From assembly GCA_002269645.1 (NCBI GenBank), contig NIVC01001612.1:1-35877 (forward strand): a stretch of DNA of 35,877 nt, read 5' to 3'. Source of the DNA: Macrostomum lignano (lineage: Eukaryota). A program made the position numbers and the translations under genes. Under the pieces are notes generated by a model, which was not told where the DNA came from, ran no database searches, and was given only the letters and a program-made list of their open reading frames with translations. Shown here piece by piece: positions 23,701-35,877 of the stretch. The stretch's first letter is position 1; each line of letters starts with the position of its first letter.

Positions 23701-26700
23701 ACGAAAAAGATTTTTTTCAAAACTTTTTCAAATCGTCTTCTGCCCTTATTTTATCTTATCTCTTATCGGATATTTTTTACCTAATAATTATCAATACAAG
23801 ATAAATCAAAGGTATCAAAAACACCAAAATTGAGCCGGGCGCCGCTTGCTAGAAAGGGAAAATAAAAAAGAACGATTAACGCTATTTATACTACTTAGTA
23901 GTTTGACAATTATTAAAAAACTCAATTAAATAGTAGCATTTCTATTGCATTTACCTAAGAAATATCGTTAGAAACCAACTCAACGAAATCATGGATACTA
24001 CATTGAGCTGGCTGAGATGTTTCAACAGCTTCGGTGACGCGTCGCCAAGCAGCTGGCAAAGCACCTGCTGATCAACTAGGGCGCCAACAACGCGACAATT
24101 GTAATAGTCAGGCAGTAGGCGCTCGCAGATCGCGCACAGAAGCCAAAATGCTTCCTCTTCGTTGCAGTACAGAAGCAGAACCGAGGTCACTATGTTCATG
24201 GCCTGCGGGGATCAGGTGGGCGCGAGAGAGAGCGGTATTCGGTCAGAGGGATATCAACTCCCTCTCTCCCTGTCTATTTACTCTTATCTCTGTCACCCTA
24301 CTCTCTTACTCTCACCCTACTATCTCCACCTCTCACCCTACCATCTTACCCTCTAACGCTACCGTCACCTCCTCCCACCGTACTATCTCCCCCTCTCACC
24401 CTACTATCCTCCCATCTCACCCTACTATCCTCCCATCTCAGAGACCTCACCCTACTATCTATTATCTCTCCCTCTCACCCTACCATCTCAATATCTCATC
24501 CTACTATCTCCCATCTCACTCTAGCATCTCAGTATCTCACCCTACTATCTCCCATCTCATCCTACTATCTCCCCATCTCACCCAACTGTCTCCCCATCTC
24601 ACCGTACTAACCGTACTACCTCTCCATCTCACCCTACTGTATCCCCATCTCACCCTACTGTCTCCCCATCTCACCCTACTGTATCCCCATCTCACCCTAC
24701 TGTCTCCCCATCTCACCCTACTGTATCCCCATCTCACCTTACTGTCTCCCCTATTTCACCCTACTGTCTCCCTATCCCACCCTACTTCTCTCCTATTTCA
24801 CCTACCTGGCAATAGCCAATATTGGGATTCCTATGCGCGTAGGCCGTTAAGACTCTGCGCAAAGCGTCAATTCCCAGCTCGGATTGAAATGCCGGATGCT
24901 CTGGCAGCGACCGATGCAAATCCCGCTCGATCTCCTCGGTGACAAAGCTACTCCGACCGACGGTGGCTTCGACTAGTTGGCCATAGTAACCCGGGCCAGC
25001 AGCCAGCTCGTTGGCCGCGCCGCTCAGGATCATCCACAGCTGGCCGCGCAGTCGTTCAGGCAGGCCTTCGTACACCAGACGGCGCAGTTCTGGCGTGCGG
25101 TACATGCAAACCCCGGAGCCGTACTCTTTGAAGTAGGCGTCCCAGAGTACCTGGGGAGGGTGTTTGGAAATTCAAATGAATTGGACCAAGAATACAACAA
25201 AGATTTTACTCAAAATCTTTCGAAATGATCCCCGACTCTCCTAACTGATCCCTTGTTCTCTTAAATGGTCCCTAATTTTCCCTGATGATACCCAATCTTC
25301 CCAAAATATCTCCAATCTTTCCAAAAGATTCCCAATCTTCCCAAGAGGCCCCGAATCTTCCCAAGAGGCCCCGAATCTTCCCAAGAGGCCCCGAATCTTC
25401 CCAAGAGATCCCAAATCTTCCCAAGAGATCCCAATCTTCCCAAGAGATCCCAAATCTTCCCAAGAGATCCCCAATCTTCCCAAGAGATCCCGAATCTTCC
25501 CAAGAGATCCCAAATCTTCCCAAGAGATCCCAATCTTCCCAAGAGATCCCAAATCTTCCCAAGAGATCCCGAATCTTCCCAAGAGATCCCAAATCTTCCG
25601 AAGAGATCCCAATCTTCCCAAGAGATCCCAAATCTTCCCAAGAGATCCCAATCTTCCCAAGAGATCTCGAATATTCCTAAGAGATCTCGAATCTTCCCAA
25701 CAGATCCCGAATCTTCCCAACAGATCCCGAATCTTCCCAAGAGATCCCCAATCTTCCCAAGAGATCCCAAATCTTCCCAAGAGATCTTGAATCTTCCCAA
25801 GAGATCCCGAATCTTCCCAAGAGATCCCGAATCTTCCCAAGAGATCCCGAATCTTCCCAAGAGATCCCGAATCTTCCCAACAGATCCCGAATCTTCCCAA
25901 GAGATCCCGAATCTTCCCAAGAGATCCTAATCTTCCCTAAAGATCAGATCAATCTTCATAAAAAAAAGAAAAAAACCAGTCTTTCCAAAAAAATATCTAA
26001 TATTCCCAAAAGATGGTCATGATCAGTCTTCTATAAATATTACCAATCTTCCCAAAAGATTCCCCAATCATCCCAGACGATCATCAATCTTTCCGATATT
26101 CCGAACTGATGAAAAAATCGATGATATGATCTCCCATTGTTAAAAAAAATCGATCTTCAATATTCTCGGACAAATCCAAACCTCTTTTCCAGCCGCCTCG
26201 TCCGAGAACAGATGCGGATGACTCTGGGTGAAGATGTGCACCAGAGCGGGCTGCCTGTGCAAATCCGGACAGAGCAGCTGATGCTGTTGCTGCCCAACTG
26301 GGCTTTGAACTTCGCCAGGTTGTTCGGCAATTTTCTGTCGGCGCAAATAAGCGGTGAGCTTCTCCAGCAGCACCTCGCGATCCAGCAGGTCTGTGAACAG
26401 CACCTGTGGGATTCAGCGAGCCTCAGGGTTTGATGGAGGCGAATCTCAGGGCTTGATGGAGACGAATCTCAGGGCTTGATGGAGACGAATCTCAGGATTT
26501 GATGGAGACAAATCTCAGGGCTTGATGGAGACGAATCTTAGGGCTTGATGAAGACAAATCTCAGGGCTTGATGGAGACGAATCTCAGGGCTTGATGGAGA
26601 CGAATCTCAGGATTTGGAGACAAATGTCAGGGCTTGATGGAGACGAATCTCAGGGCTTGATGGAGACGAATCTCAGGATTTGATGGAGACGAATCTCAGG

Positions 26701-29700
26701 GTTTGATTGAGACGAATCTCAGAGCTTGATGGAGACGAATCTCAGGATTTGATGGAGACGAATCTCAAGGTTTTTAGACGACAAATCTCATGGAATTGTG
26801 AGGAAGAATCTGGTCAGAAAACTATGGATATCCTTACCGGTTGGGAGCCGCTGCAGGACGGTCTCAAATGCAGAAACAGACTCTGTCCCGGCCGACCCTG
26901 CCCTCCAACCGGTTCGTCTTTCTTCTCGGCGCAGGCCACGTCTCTAAGCGGCACCACCAGCTGCACAAGTCCGGGCAATTCGCTAGCGAAGCAAAGAAAA
27001 TTTGGCGACAGATGCAACCGGCCGGCTACAATCTTACGATCGTAGGGAGTGTAGAGAGAGCAGTCCAGATGACCGTCAAGAGGTTCGTCGACTGGCAAAC
27101 TGAACTGGACGCGGTAGCGTTCGCTCCGTCTTCGAGCTTCTAGATCGCGTTTCAACTGCGGCGTTGTTGCTAACGAGCCGCCGCCGTCACCTCCGCTGCC
27201 GCCAAGAGATTTGCGACGGCGGGACATCGAAGATGCGGTGTTGCCGGGACGGCGCTGTTAAAAAAATTAGTTGTGTCAAGTGCGCGATAACACAACACTG
27301 CCGCATGTGGGATGCTTATGCTTTATGGGGCTGCGGACTGAGTGACGCCACAAAATCTTCATTGTCTGTGGCATGTACATGTGGATTCTGCAGTGTCTGT
27401 GGCATGTGGATTCTGCATTGTCTGTGACATGTGGATTCTGCATTGTCTGTGACATGTGGATTCTGCAGTGTCTATGGCATGTGGATTCTGCAGTGTCTGT
27501 GGCATGTGGATTCTGCAGTGTCTGGGGCATGTGGATTCTGCAGTGTCTGTGGCATGTGGATTCTGCAGTGTCTGTGGCATGTGGATTCTGCAGTGTCTGT
27601 GGCATGTGGATTCTGCAGTGTCTGTGGCATGTACATGTGGATTCTGCAGTGTCTGTGGCATGTGGATTCTGCAGTGTCTGTGGCATGTGGATTCTGCAGT
27701 GTCTGTGGCATGTGGATTCTGCAGTGTCTGTGGCATGTGGATTCTGCAGTGTCTGTGGCATGTGGATTCTGCAGTGTCTGTGGCATGTACATGTAGATTC
27801 TGCAGTTTCTGGGGCATGTGGATTCTGCAGTGTCTGTGGCATGTACATGTGGATTCTGCAGTGTCTGTGGCATGTGGATTCTGCAGTGTCTGTGGCATGT
27901 ACATGTGGATTCTGCAGTGTCTGTGGCATGTGGATTCTGCAGTGTCTGTGGCATGTGGATTCTGCAGTGTCTGTGGCATGTACATGTGGATTCTGCAGTG
28001 TCTGTGCCAATTTTGGCATGTGCCAATTTTCGTATCAAATTCATGTGGCCACTCACGGAATCGAACCCTGGACTTTTTACGCGAGAGTCCGACGCTCCTA
28101 CCGCAAAGCTAATCTGTACCCCAGTCTAATCGGTGCAGAGCGAATTCTTTAAGCTTCAATTACAGGGACTATAGAATAGATTTAATTGAATTGAAAATTT
28201 TTAACCGCACTTACTTGCTTGGATGCGCTACTGGAGGCCTTAGCAACGCTAGACGCCGTATCCAAGGCCGGCAAGAAGCTCTTACTAGTGTCGTAGCCGT
28301 CCTCAGACAGCAGCCTCCTGACGGCTAAATTAGCCAATTGCTGCATCATTCTGTAGGTCTCGTCAATTTTCATAAACATTGAGAAGTTGTACTGCAAAAA
28401 CAATTAAACAATGATTGATTGGCGCACTTTAAGCGACATTGTCACACAACCGGCGACAGGCATCACTGCCCATTCCGCCGACTCCCCTGAGCAGGCACAC
28501 AAGCGCGCAGATACGTACGCAGTCATACGCACAGGCACACACTCACACAGGAGTGTACAGCGGCCCTAACTTTATCTATCGTTAGGCATGTACACTTCAC
28601 TGTGCCTTGGCGGTTGGCCTTCAATGGCGTTAATTGCACGAGCAGAGCCAAGCCGAGATTCCAACTCAGTTTATAATAATCCAGTGGCTTCTTACCTCTT
28701 CTTCACGGGTGGCAACGCGAATACTTTCAGGTAATAACAGATTAGCGCCGCGTTCAATCAACTGCGGGGGGAGTACAGATTTTAAAGACTCAATATAATT
28801 ATGGATCTAGGCACTGCATTAAAACGCTAACCTGTTATATATATATTCTGTTATATAAAGTCAGTTTAATAAGTTTACTACGTATATAAGAAAGGACAGA
28901 GCGAGCCCTGGACAGCTTTTCTGTCTTTCCGCCTGGGGTACACAAAGCAGAGAAAAAAGTTACCAAAAAAGTCAATACTGCAATAATACCCCTCTCTTTC
29001 TCTCTCTTTACAAATTCAACAATAGCTGGGTAGCGAAGGGTTAAGCGGAAGAGAAGACGCACACACACAGAGAGACACTGACAGGAGAACCAGACTAAGA
29101 GCAAGAGTTAACCGAGCCAATGTGTGCCGCATTACATATCGGAGAGGGACTAAATCACGAATAACGGGCACAAGGATCGGGCGGGGGGCCTTTGAGTTTT
29201 GCATAATATTGAATCTGTCTCTGTTGCAGTAAAGTTGATCTGCTTTGTGATTAACTTTATTATCTACATGTAGGCTGTAAGTTATGTTTGGAAAGCCATG
29301 ATATTGGCTGTTCTGACACCAATTTTGGCCTTTCTGACACCAATATTGGCCTTTCTAACACCAATCTTGGCCTTTCTGACATCAATCTTGGCCTTTCTGA
29401 CCCCAATATTGGCCTTTCTGACACCAGTCTTGGCCTTTCTGACACCAATCTTGGCCTTTCTGACACCAATCTTGGCCTTTCTGACACCAGTCTTGGCCTT
29501 TCTGACACCAATATTGGCCTTGTTGACACCAATCTTGGCCTTACTGACACCAATCTTGGCCTTTCTGACACCAGTCTTGGCCTTTCTGACACCAATCTTG
29601 GCCTTTCTGACACCAATCTTGGCCTTTCTGACACCAGTCTTGGCCTTTCTGACATCAATATTGGCCTTTCTGACACCAATTTTGGCCCTTCTGACATCAA

Positions 29701-32700
29701 TTTTGGCTTCTGACACCAACTTTGGCTTTCTGACACCAGTCTTGGCCTTTCTGACCCCAATATTGGCCTTTCTGACATCAGTCTTGGCCTTTCTGACACT
29801 AATCTTGGCCTTTTTAACACCAGTCTTGGCCTTTCTGACACCAATATTGGCCTTTCTGACACCAATCTTGGCCTTTTTGACACCAGTCTTGGCCTTTCTG
29901 ACACCAATATTGGCCTTTTTGACACCAGTCTTGGCCTTTCTGACACCAATATAGGCCTTTCTGACACCAATCTTGGCCTTTTTGACACCAATCTTGGCCT
30001 CTTTGACACCAATCTTGGCCTCTTTGACACCAATCTTGGCCTCTTTGACACCAATCTTGGCCTTTCTGACATAAATCTTGGCCTTTCTGACACCAACTTT
30101 GGCTTTCTGACACCAATTTAGGCTTTTCTGACACCAAATTGGCCCTTTTGACACCAATATTGGAACTTTTGACACCAATACTGTTGCGTGTGCACTTTTA
30201 AATGTTGTACTTAATATACGAAGTACTATTATTATTCTTGTCTCAGCCACAGACACAAGACTCAGGAGATGAAAAGTCTAGAACGTTGCTCACAAAATGT
30301 AAAAAGGCACTCCACACAGAGTGGAGAATCGTCCCCACAACCATTGACGACAATTCTGCTCATTCAGCTGACCCCTGAGCACAGACAAGCGCCAATACTG
30401 TACGCAGGCATGTACATTCTCTGTGTCTCTGGGGGTTGGCCCTTGCAGGTGTAAATTTCACGACGATTTTAGTGCCCGCAAGCCTCAAATTGAGTGTGGC
30501 CGCCACGGAATCAAACCAGGGGTCGCGGCGCGAGAGTCGGATGCGGTCAGCGCTGAGCTGACCCATAGCGACTCTGCTGACATTGTTTTTTCACAAGATG
30601 GAAAAAGAAATATGATTAAATTATAAATTACTTGAAGCATTCTCACCTTGATATCAACCCAAGCCAGCACAATGGACACTTCGGTACCAACTAGATAAGA
30701 ATAAAAGCACATATAATTAACACTCAGGTACATCCAACCCTGTCTAGGCACTTTGTTCTTCCACAAAGAACACGAGTAATCTGCGGATTTAAAAACGATA
30801 GCGAAAAATTGACAAATATTTAAGTATATCATCTTTGTTTGAGCTACTGTCAGTAGAAAATCTAGCAAAAAGTCATTCTAATTTTTTAAACGATATTGAC
30901 TTACAGTTGACCAGCTTCTCCTCCGAGTGCATGTCGAACAGGGTAATAAACCTGTGCGACGCTGTTTGAAACGACTTTTTCTCCTGCTCTGCAATGCAAA
31001 GTTTTAGATGACAAAATTAAAGCAACAATGTAGCTTCAAGGACTACTTAACAACACAAGACGTTACACTTGCAAATATTGGCAGAATTCTAAAAGGCCGC
31101 TTTGAATGTATGTGTCTATGCTTTTAGTGGTCTTTTTGCTTAGTAATTGAGAAATCTAGGCATAATAAAGCCTTTTAAGTGCATGTATTCCAGTCCTTTG
31201 TATTTTCATAAAAAGATAAACGAGGTGAAAATTTTTGACAAAGAAGAAATACCAGAAATAACGGAATTCCTAGATGCGTTTCTTGAGTGTAGAAGCATCG
31301 AAAAAGTAGCTAAGATAGCAACAAGAATGAATATCGAATGATAGGAACTACACTTCTTCAATAATTATACTATATTGGTATGCTCGTAGCGCGAATCATG
31401 AACTTGTCTAAAATGAAGCAACACGAAGGCACCAAAGATGACAATGAACTTTTCTCAAAATGAAAGCGTCGAAAAAACTTTGATTAGTAAAGACTTTCAA
31501 GTAAAGTAAAAGACACTTAGTAAGGTGGTTTTCACACATAATATTCACAATCAAGCTGCGTTGCTATGCGAATTGTAAGCAAAAATACCACTAAAACCAT
31601 AGACACATACATTCAAAGCGGCCTTTTACAATTCTTCCAATATTTGCAAGTGTAACGTCCTGTGTTGTTAAGTTGTCCTTGTGTAGCTTGTTGTACAGCG
31701 CTGGACCATATAGTTGGGTAAACCGAAGCAAGCAGCCTATTCATTTCCGCGTACTAACCACGACCAACTACGCTTAACTTGTGGCGCTGACGTTAACACT
31801 AGGCTAGCGGTAGGTGGTTTTTCATATATATGAAAAATAGCTTTCTAAATAGAGAAGAGGTGGAACACAGAAACGAAGTAGGCCTAAGTTTTTGTAGCCC
31901 ATGAAAACGGTACCTTGGCTAAGAAGCGTCCCAGACTCAATTGCGTCACTCCGAGAGTCGGTATCAGAGAATTTTCAAATGAAAATGGAAATGCAAAATG
32001 GGAAAAAATGACTCTAGACGACTTTAAAGCGACGAGATGTCGCTGTAAAAGTCGCCAAAGAGTCGTCCAAGCATTACTTTGAAGCGTTTTATTGCCTGCG
32101 ACCCTGAAACGACTCTGGGGCCGTAGAGTAGTATTTGAGGCGTGCTGAGTCGCTGTGCATTCACCAAGTTGAGTTTAAAGTACACTAACCAGACTACTGA
32201 GTTAGTAGAAAGTTAAGCGTCATCACAACGATTCTTTGACGACTCTTTCGTGACTCTTTCGATTCTACGAGTCAACTCACGTGACACGCTTGTTACGCAA
32301 CAGTCGCCTCTACGTCGCATTGGACGAGTTTGAGTTGTTAAAAAGTAATAAAAGTCGCTGGAGTCACTAGAGAGTTGCTTGCAACGACTTTTTAGCGGCT
32401 TTTGTCACGGAAAAAATTTCCACGGATACGGTTGCGTTAGGGCCAAGTTTAGGTGGCTAGGTTTAGGTTATTATTAAGTTCTAGGTAGGTTTATTTAGTT
32501 TAGGGCAAAGCTTTAGTTTCGGGCTATTATAGGGTTAGGGTATGGGAATTAGGGTTCAGTATAGGGTTTGGATAGGGTTTAGGTTCAACATTTATTTAGT
32601 GGCAGTCAAGCCGATCCATCCGATATGTATCGAAATCAATATTACGAGCGTAGAATTAATAATAGATTCTCACCTTTGCTATTATCTGCAGTAGTGGAAG

Positions 32701-34903
32701 GCGGTTCGCAGGACTCGGCCAGTAGGCTGGCAATTTTTCCATTAACTAAACTGAGCATATCGTCCGGATTGTCGAGACTAACCAGGCTGGGGGCCAGGTT
32801 GTTGGCCAGCCAATTCCAGTGCTTGTCCGTTTCGTCTTTATTGTTAGACTCGGCTATGGCTGAGTGCCAGGTGTGAAAGTTTAAAATGAGGTTCTCTCTA
32901 AGATTAGGTTTATAAAAATTCAGATATTGCATAAAAATTCACTCGGGGGGGCAGTGGACCCCATTTGCCCCCTAACATGTTCTGCTCTCATTTTGCTGAT
33001 GCTCTACTACAAACAGTACTTATTAGGATCCTGGGTTCAAATTAAGGATGCCAAATTGAAAACTGCGGGCATCAGAAATATCGAAATAAAAAATACTAGC
33101 ATCTCTACCCCCTATCCTTTACACTGCTGAGTCTCTTGACCAACAGAAGTTGCACCAAGTCTGTAGACTCTATGTGTTTACAAATTCCTCTGTCAATTAC
33201 TAAGACAATTTATTAGGTCTTGAAATTCCAAGAACTCCAAAAATAAACCTAGATTACTATAATAACCAATTAGAATATGGCATGGTTGATAACTTTTCTA
33301 TGATCAAGTTATAAAAGCACAAAAAAATTTGGTCAACTCACAGTAGCTGACTTCACTATCAGGTGGAGTGTACAAGATGCGGTAAAGGAAAGACTGAAAA
33401 ATATAATAACAATTTTAAATAATGACCGTTACATTGGCAACTTTAGTACTTTGCTTTTATGTATATATAGAGAAATCCTCACCTTTGAAAACTGAGTCAA
33501 TAGTGCCAAAGATAAGGCCAGATATACCACTGCCTCTGCCTTTTCTACGCTGTAAGCTGAATTGTCCATTAACTACCTCAGTGACCCTGTTACAGTTGTA
33601 GATATTTGGAGTTTAGAATCATTCTTCCTTAAATTTTCTGAGTATAAGAAATTATATAATAGATAATAAATACAATTCTAAGCATATTTTACTAAAGCCT
33701 ATTCATAGATGCTATGATACACAGATTTTCTAAGTGTACACAAACACTTGAGTTGTTGGAATGGGTGTCATATATACTATAGTTCATTTATAGCATAAGT
33801 ATCTACATTATAATAATTATACTTTAGTGCTACTGAAGATCATAGGTTTAAAAGTCATTTTGATTAAATTAAATGGAAAAATTAAGCTTAAAATAAGATT
33901 TTTATCATAAAAATAACTAAAAGAAATAAATTTTTATCTAATCCTTTAAGTATCAAACGTCTTACTTTATAATAAAATATCTTTAAACCATATAAAACCT
34001 CTCATTTGGCAATTTAATTTATAGATACTATACTAAACCATTGGAAGCTATTTTTTTCAAAAAACATTTTGGAACATTTATTATCCTATAAAAACTTTGT
34101 TTTGTCAAAAATCTAGGACAACTTGTCTCATTTTTCATTATTTCACATATTGCTTTAGAGGAATCACCCACAAATTTAGGAGGTTCTAATAATAATGTAA
34201 CTTATATTAAATTATATTCTAGATTATAACAATTAAAATAATTTCATTTTTATAAGTACGAGTACAAGATTTCTATTTAAATATTATAATATATATTTCT
34301 TTTTATTAGTAAATAAAGTTTTTATTAACATAAAGAATCTTTTTTGAAGAAAAATTAGATAGGGCCTAGTATAAGTGGTAAAATATAGATGAAAGCAATT
34401 GATAAAATAAAATTGACTAAACTATATTTAAATCTAGACAACTACATTAATCTCAAGGTCCACATCACATAAACCCTTAGGCTTAGACCTTGACTTCTAT
34501 GACTAGCTGCAGCCTGCAAGGTGCTTTTAACCTGGCTTATTAGTGCTATATAAAATTGTATCTTGTTAATATCTAAACTTTTAAGTCTTATATAACGTGT
34601 TATATAACATGATTCATCTCAGATTATATTTATAATGCTGCCTAGATGAAATTTCATACTACTGTAGATTAAATGTCTTCCACAATAATACACAAACAAA
34701 GCAACCTAGATGAAAATTATATAGACATACTTTCCCTAACGAATGACTATAGAAAAAAGTAAAAAAGTAATCAAAAAGAATTCCAAATATATTTCTCATT
34801 AAAATTTTTCATTTCTATTTTCCTTAATAGTGTGTTTTACTCACTCGTCAGCTTACCATAAAGGTCCTTTAACGAGAACTTCCTGCAAAGGCGTCCAAAC
34901 CAT
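20778..34903 (-). CDS. TBC1D9: TBC1D8/TBC1D9-family Rab GTPase-activating protein (two GRAM domains, TBC domain, EF-hand), ~1160 aa, 16 exons
   Basis: Exons 34903-34857, 33586-33483, 33393-33342, 32859-32674, 30988-30905, 30780-30647, 28761-28696, 28391-28215, 27254-26838, 26403-26182, 25150-24806, 24202-23955, 23534-23258, 23104-22766, 22250-21726, 21044-20778. Motifs: [87 protein letters not shown]. Catalytic IxxDxxR and YxQ are intact. Exon 3 has one extra base (AAA 33384-33386). Confidence 0.93.
22336..22630. repeat. 18-bp minisatellite GAGGTGGGTGTGCGGA(A/G)T in TBC intron 14
   Basis: About 16 tandem copies. Confidence 0.96.
24285..24805. repeat. ~21-bp minisatellite CCCCATCTCACCCTACTGT(A/C)T in TBC intron 11
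   Basis: Starts at the donor (GTAGGTGA on the - strand) and decays toward the acceptor. Confidence 0.92.
25275..25935. repeat. 20-21-bp minisatellite CCCAAGAGATCCCGAATCTT in TBC intron 10
   Basis: About 30 tandem units; decayed copies extend to ~26120. Confidence 0.96.
26420..26790. repeat. 23-bp minisatellite GATGGAGACGAATCTCAGGGCTT in TBC intron 9
   Basis: About 15 tandem units. Confidence 0.96.
27360..28005. repeat. 25/31-bp minisatellite GTGGATTCTGCAGTGTCTGTGGCAT(GTACAT) in TBC intron 8
   Basis: About 24 near-identical units. Confidence 0.97.
28046..28120 (-). pseudogene. tRNA-derived relic or SINE head (Glu-CTC-like)
   Basis: A-box-like TAGCTTTGCGG, GACTCTCGCG, B-box GGTTCGATTCC and a GGCCA end. 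Acceptor and anticodon stems do not pair canonically. Confidence 0.6.
29305..30180. repeat. 21-bp minisatellite GGCCTTTCTGACACCAATCTT in TBC intron 6
   Basis: About 40 tandem units. Confidence 0.97.
30497..30569 (-). pseudogene. Second tRNA-derived relic or SINE head, related to 28046-28120
   Basis: CCGACTCTCGCGCCGCGACCCCTGGTTTGATTCCGTGGCGGCCA resembles the anticodon-to-T-arm region of tRNA-Glu(CTC). Shares GACTCTCGCG, GATTCCGTG, GGCCAC and downstream AATTTGA with the first copy. Confidence 0.6.
31037..31681. mobile_element. Non-autonomous TIR element (P- or hAT-type), 645 bp, in TBC intron 4
   Basis: About 106-bp TIRs (31037-31142 and 31576-31681), termini CAAGG...CCTTG, perfect 8-bp TSD TGTAGCTT at 31029-31036 and 31682-31689. 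Confidence 0.88.
32435..32590 (+). repeat. Degenerate TTAGGG/TTAGG-like tract
   Basis: Many TTAGG, TTAGGG and TAGGGT variants, irregularly spaced. Confidence 0.6.
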
Positions 34904-35877
34904 AGTAACTAAAAACCATACAGATTCTATTTTAATTTTTGTGGAAAACGAAATCAGTAACCAAAATTGCCACCAGGTAAGATTGATGCCACGAAAAGTT
35001 GTTGCTCAGAGCTGCAACTAGCAGCGAAAATATTACAAATATATTATATATTTTCATGGCGCTTTTTCTCTGAAAAGCAGACAATTTAAAGATACCAAGA
35101 CACAGTAAATGAGATACGTCTTTACTGCACCTATTACTATTAAGTCAATGGAGTTTGCAGACTAAATTATTAATTAGAAAAATATATTAAGAACGATTAT
35201 CACTAGTCAGACAAAGTTGCTAACACTTTGTTATACTGTAAAATGTGGAGGTCCGGCAATTATTTGAGTAGATTCTGAAACATAGATTCAATAGACTCCT
35301 TGAATAGACTAAGCCAGGCCTTGTGAAGTACTTGAACAGTCCTTGGACTCTATCCTGCTTTCCATAAAGATAAAGAGTTTAAGTTTGTTAAATTTATATA
35401 ATTTGGTGTTTTAGAATGATTTGCGTCAACAGTAATAACAGTACGCCAGATGCGCAATGGCCCTTAGCCTGCTCTTCATTTTCGCAACCACGAATTATAT
35501 ATTTTTTATTCAAGTTTATGACTATATAGTAAGGCCATTTAGTCTCCCTGAAAATTTTCGGATCTTAAAAATTTCAGGTGAGTTATAATTTAGGCTAGGG
35601 GAAGATTTTAAAGCCCGCGGCCGGCCGATTAAAAAACGGTTGTTTTAGTTATAACAAAGGAAGGAATAGAAGGCTATTTTTTGTTTTCCTATTTTTATGA
35701 AGGGCTTTTTTAGGCTTATTTTCATGCCATCACTATACATGTGATGTATTTTTACGCAATGTTCATTTGTAGCTTACAGTACAATTCGAAACATTTTTCA
35801 TTGGTCAAGCCTTATTAAAGGAGTGGCCGGTTTATGGTGGTGTGACCTACATGTAGAGGACGCTTCGGGGTTTCGAG

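Noticed and set aside
28833-29268. Possible solo LTR on the - strand (TGTAGA...TATAACA, ATTAAA near the end)
   Set aside because: Flanks do not form a TSD, and there is no second copy, PBS or PPT in the window.
31147-31341. [20 protein letters not shown] resembles the Gypsy RT segment GIIxPSxSPxSSP
   Set aside because: Short match with no downstream RT motifs, in AT-rich sequence inside a TIR element; may be chance.

Overview
Eukaryotic (animal) genomic DNA with GT-AG introns. The gene set, (GACA)n microsatellites and minisatellite-filled introns suggest a flatworm such as Macrostomum (inference, not verified). Four spliced protein genes and one tRNA lie on the minus strand: the 5' part of a DEG/ENaC channel (<150-2010), a six-exon Mx-like dynamin GTPase (5166-12597), tRNA-Arg(ACG) (13690-13762), a four-exon coiled-coil gene whose last exon also holds a death-domain ORF (15711-18105), and a 16-exon TBC1D8/9-family Rab GAP (20778-34903). 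I rebuilt exon structures by hand from splice signals, phases and remembered homolog sequences. Non-genic DNA holds four small TIR elements (three with 8-bp TSDs, one carrying a spliced THAP remnant), two tRNA-Glu-like relics and about 20 different tandem arrays. Main points of interest: 17 of 26 introns hold a tandem array; the Mx has a non-canonical G4 motif (TCPD); the death-domain ORF overlaps the upstream stop as ATG-CC-TAA; and E2F-like TTTGGCGC arrays are partly carried by a hAT-type MITE. Each protein gene has one single-base frame break, most likely long-read error. Most long six-frame ORFs are repeat translations.
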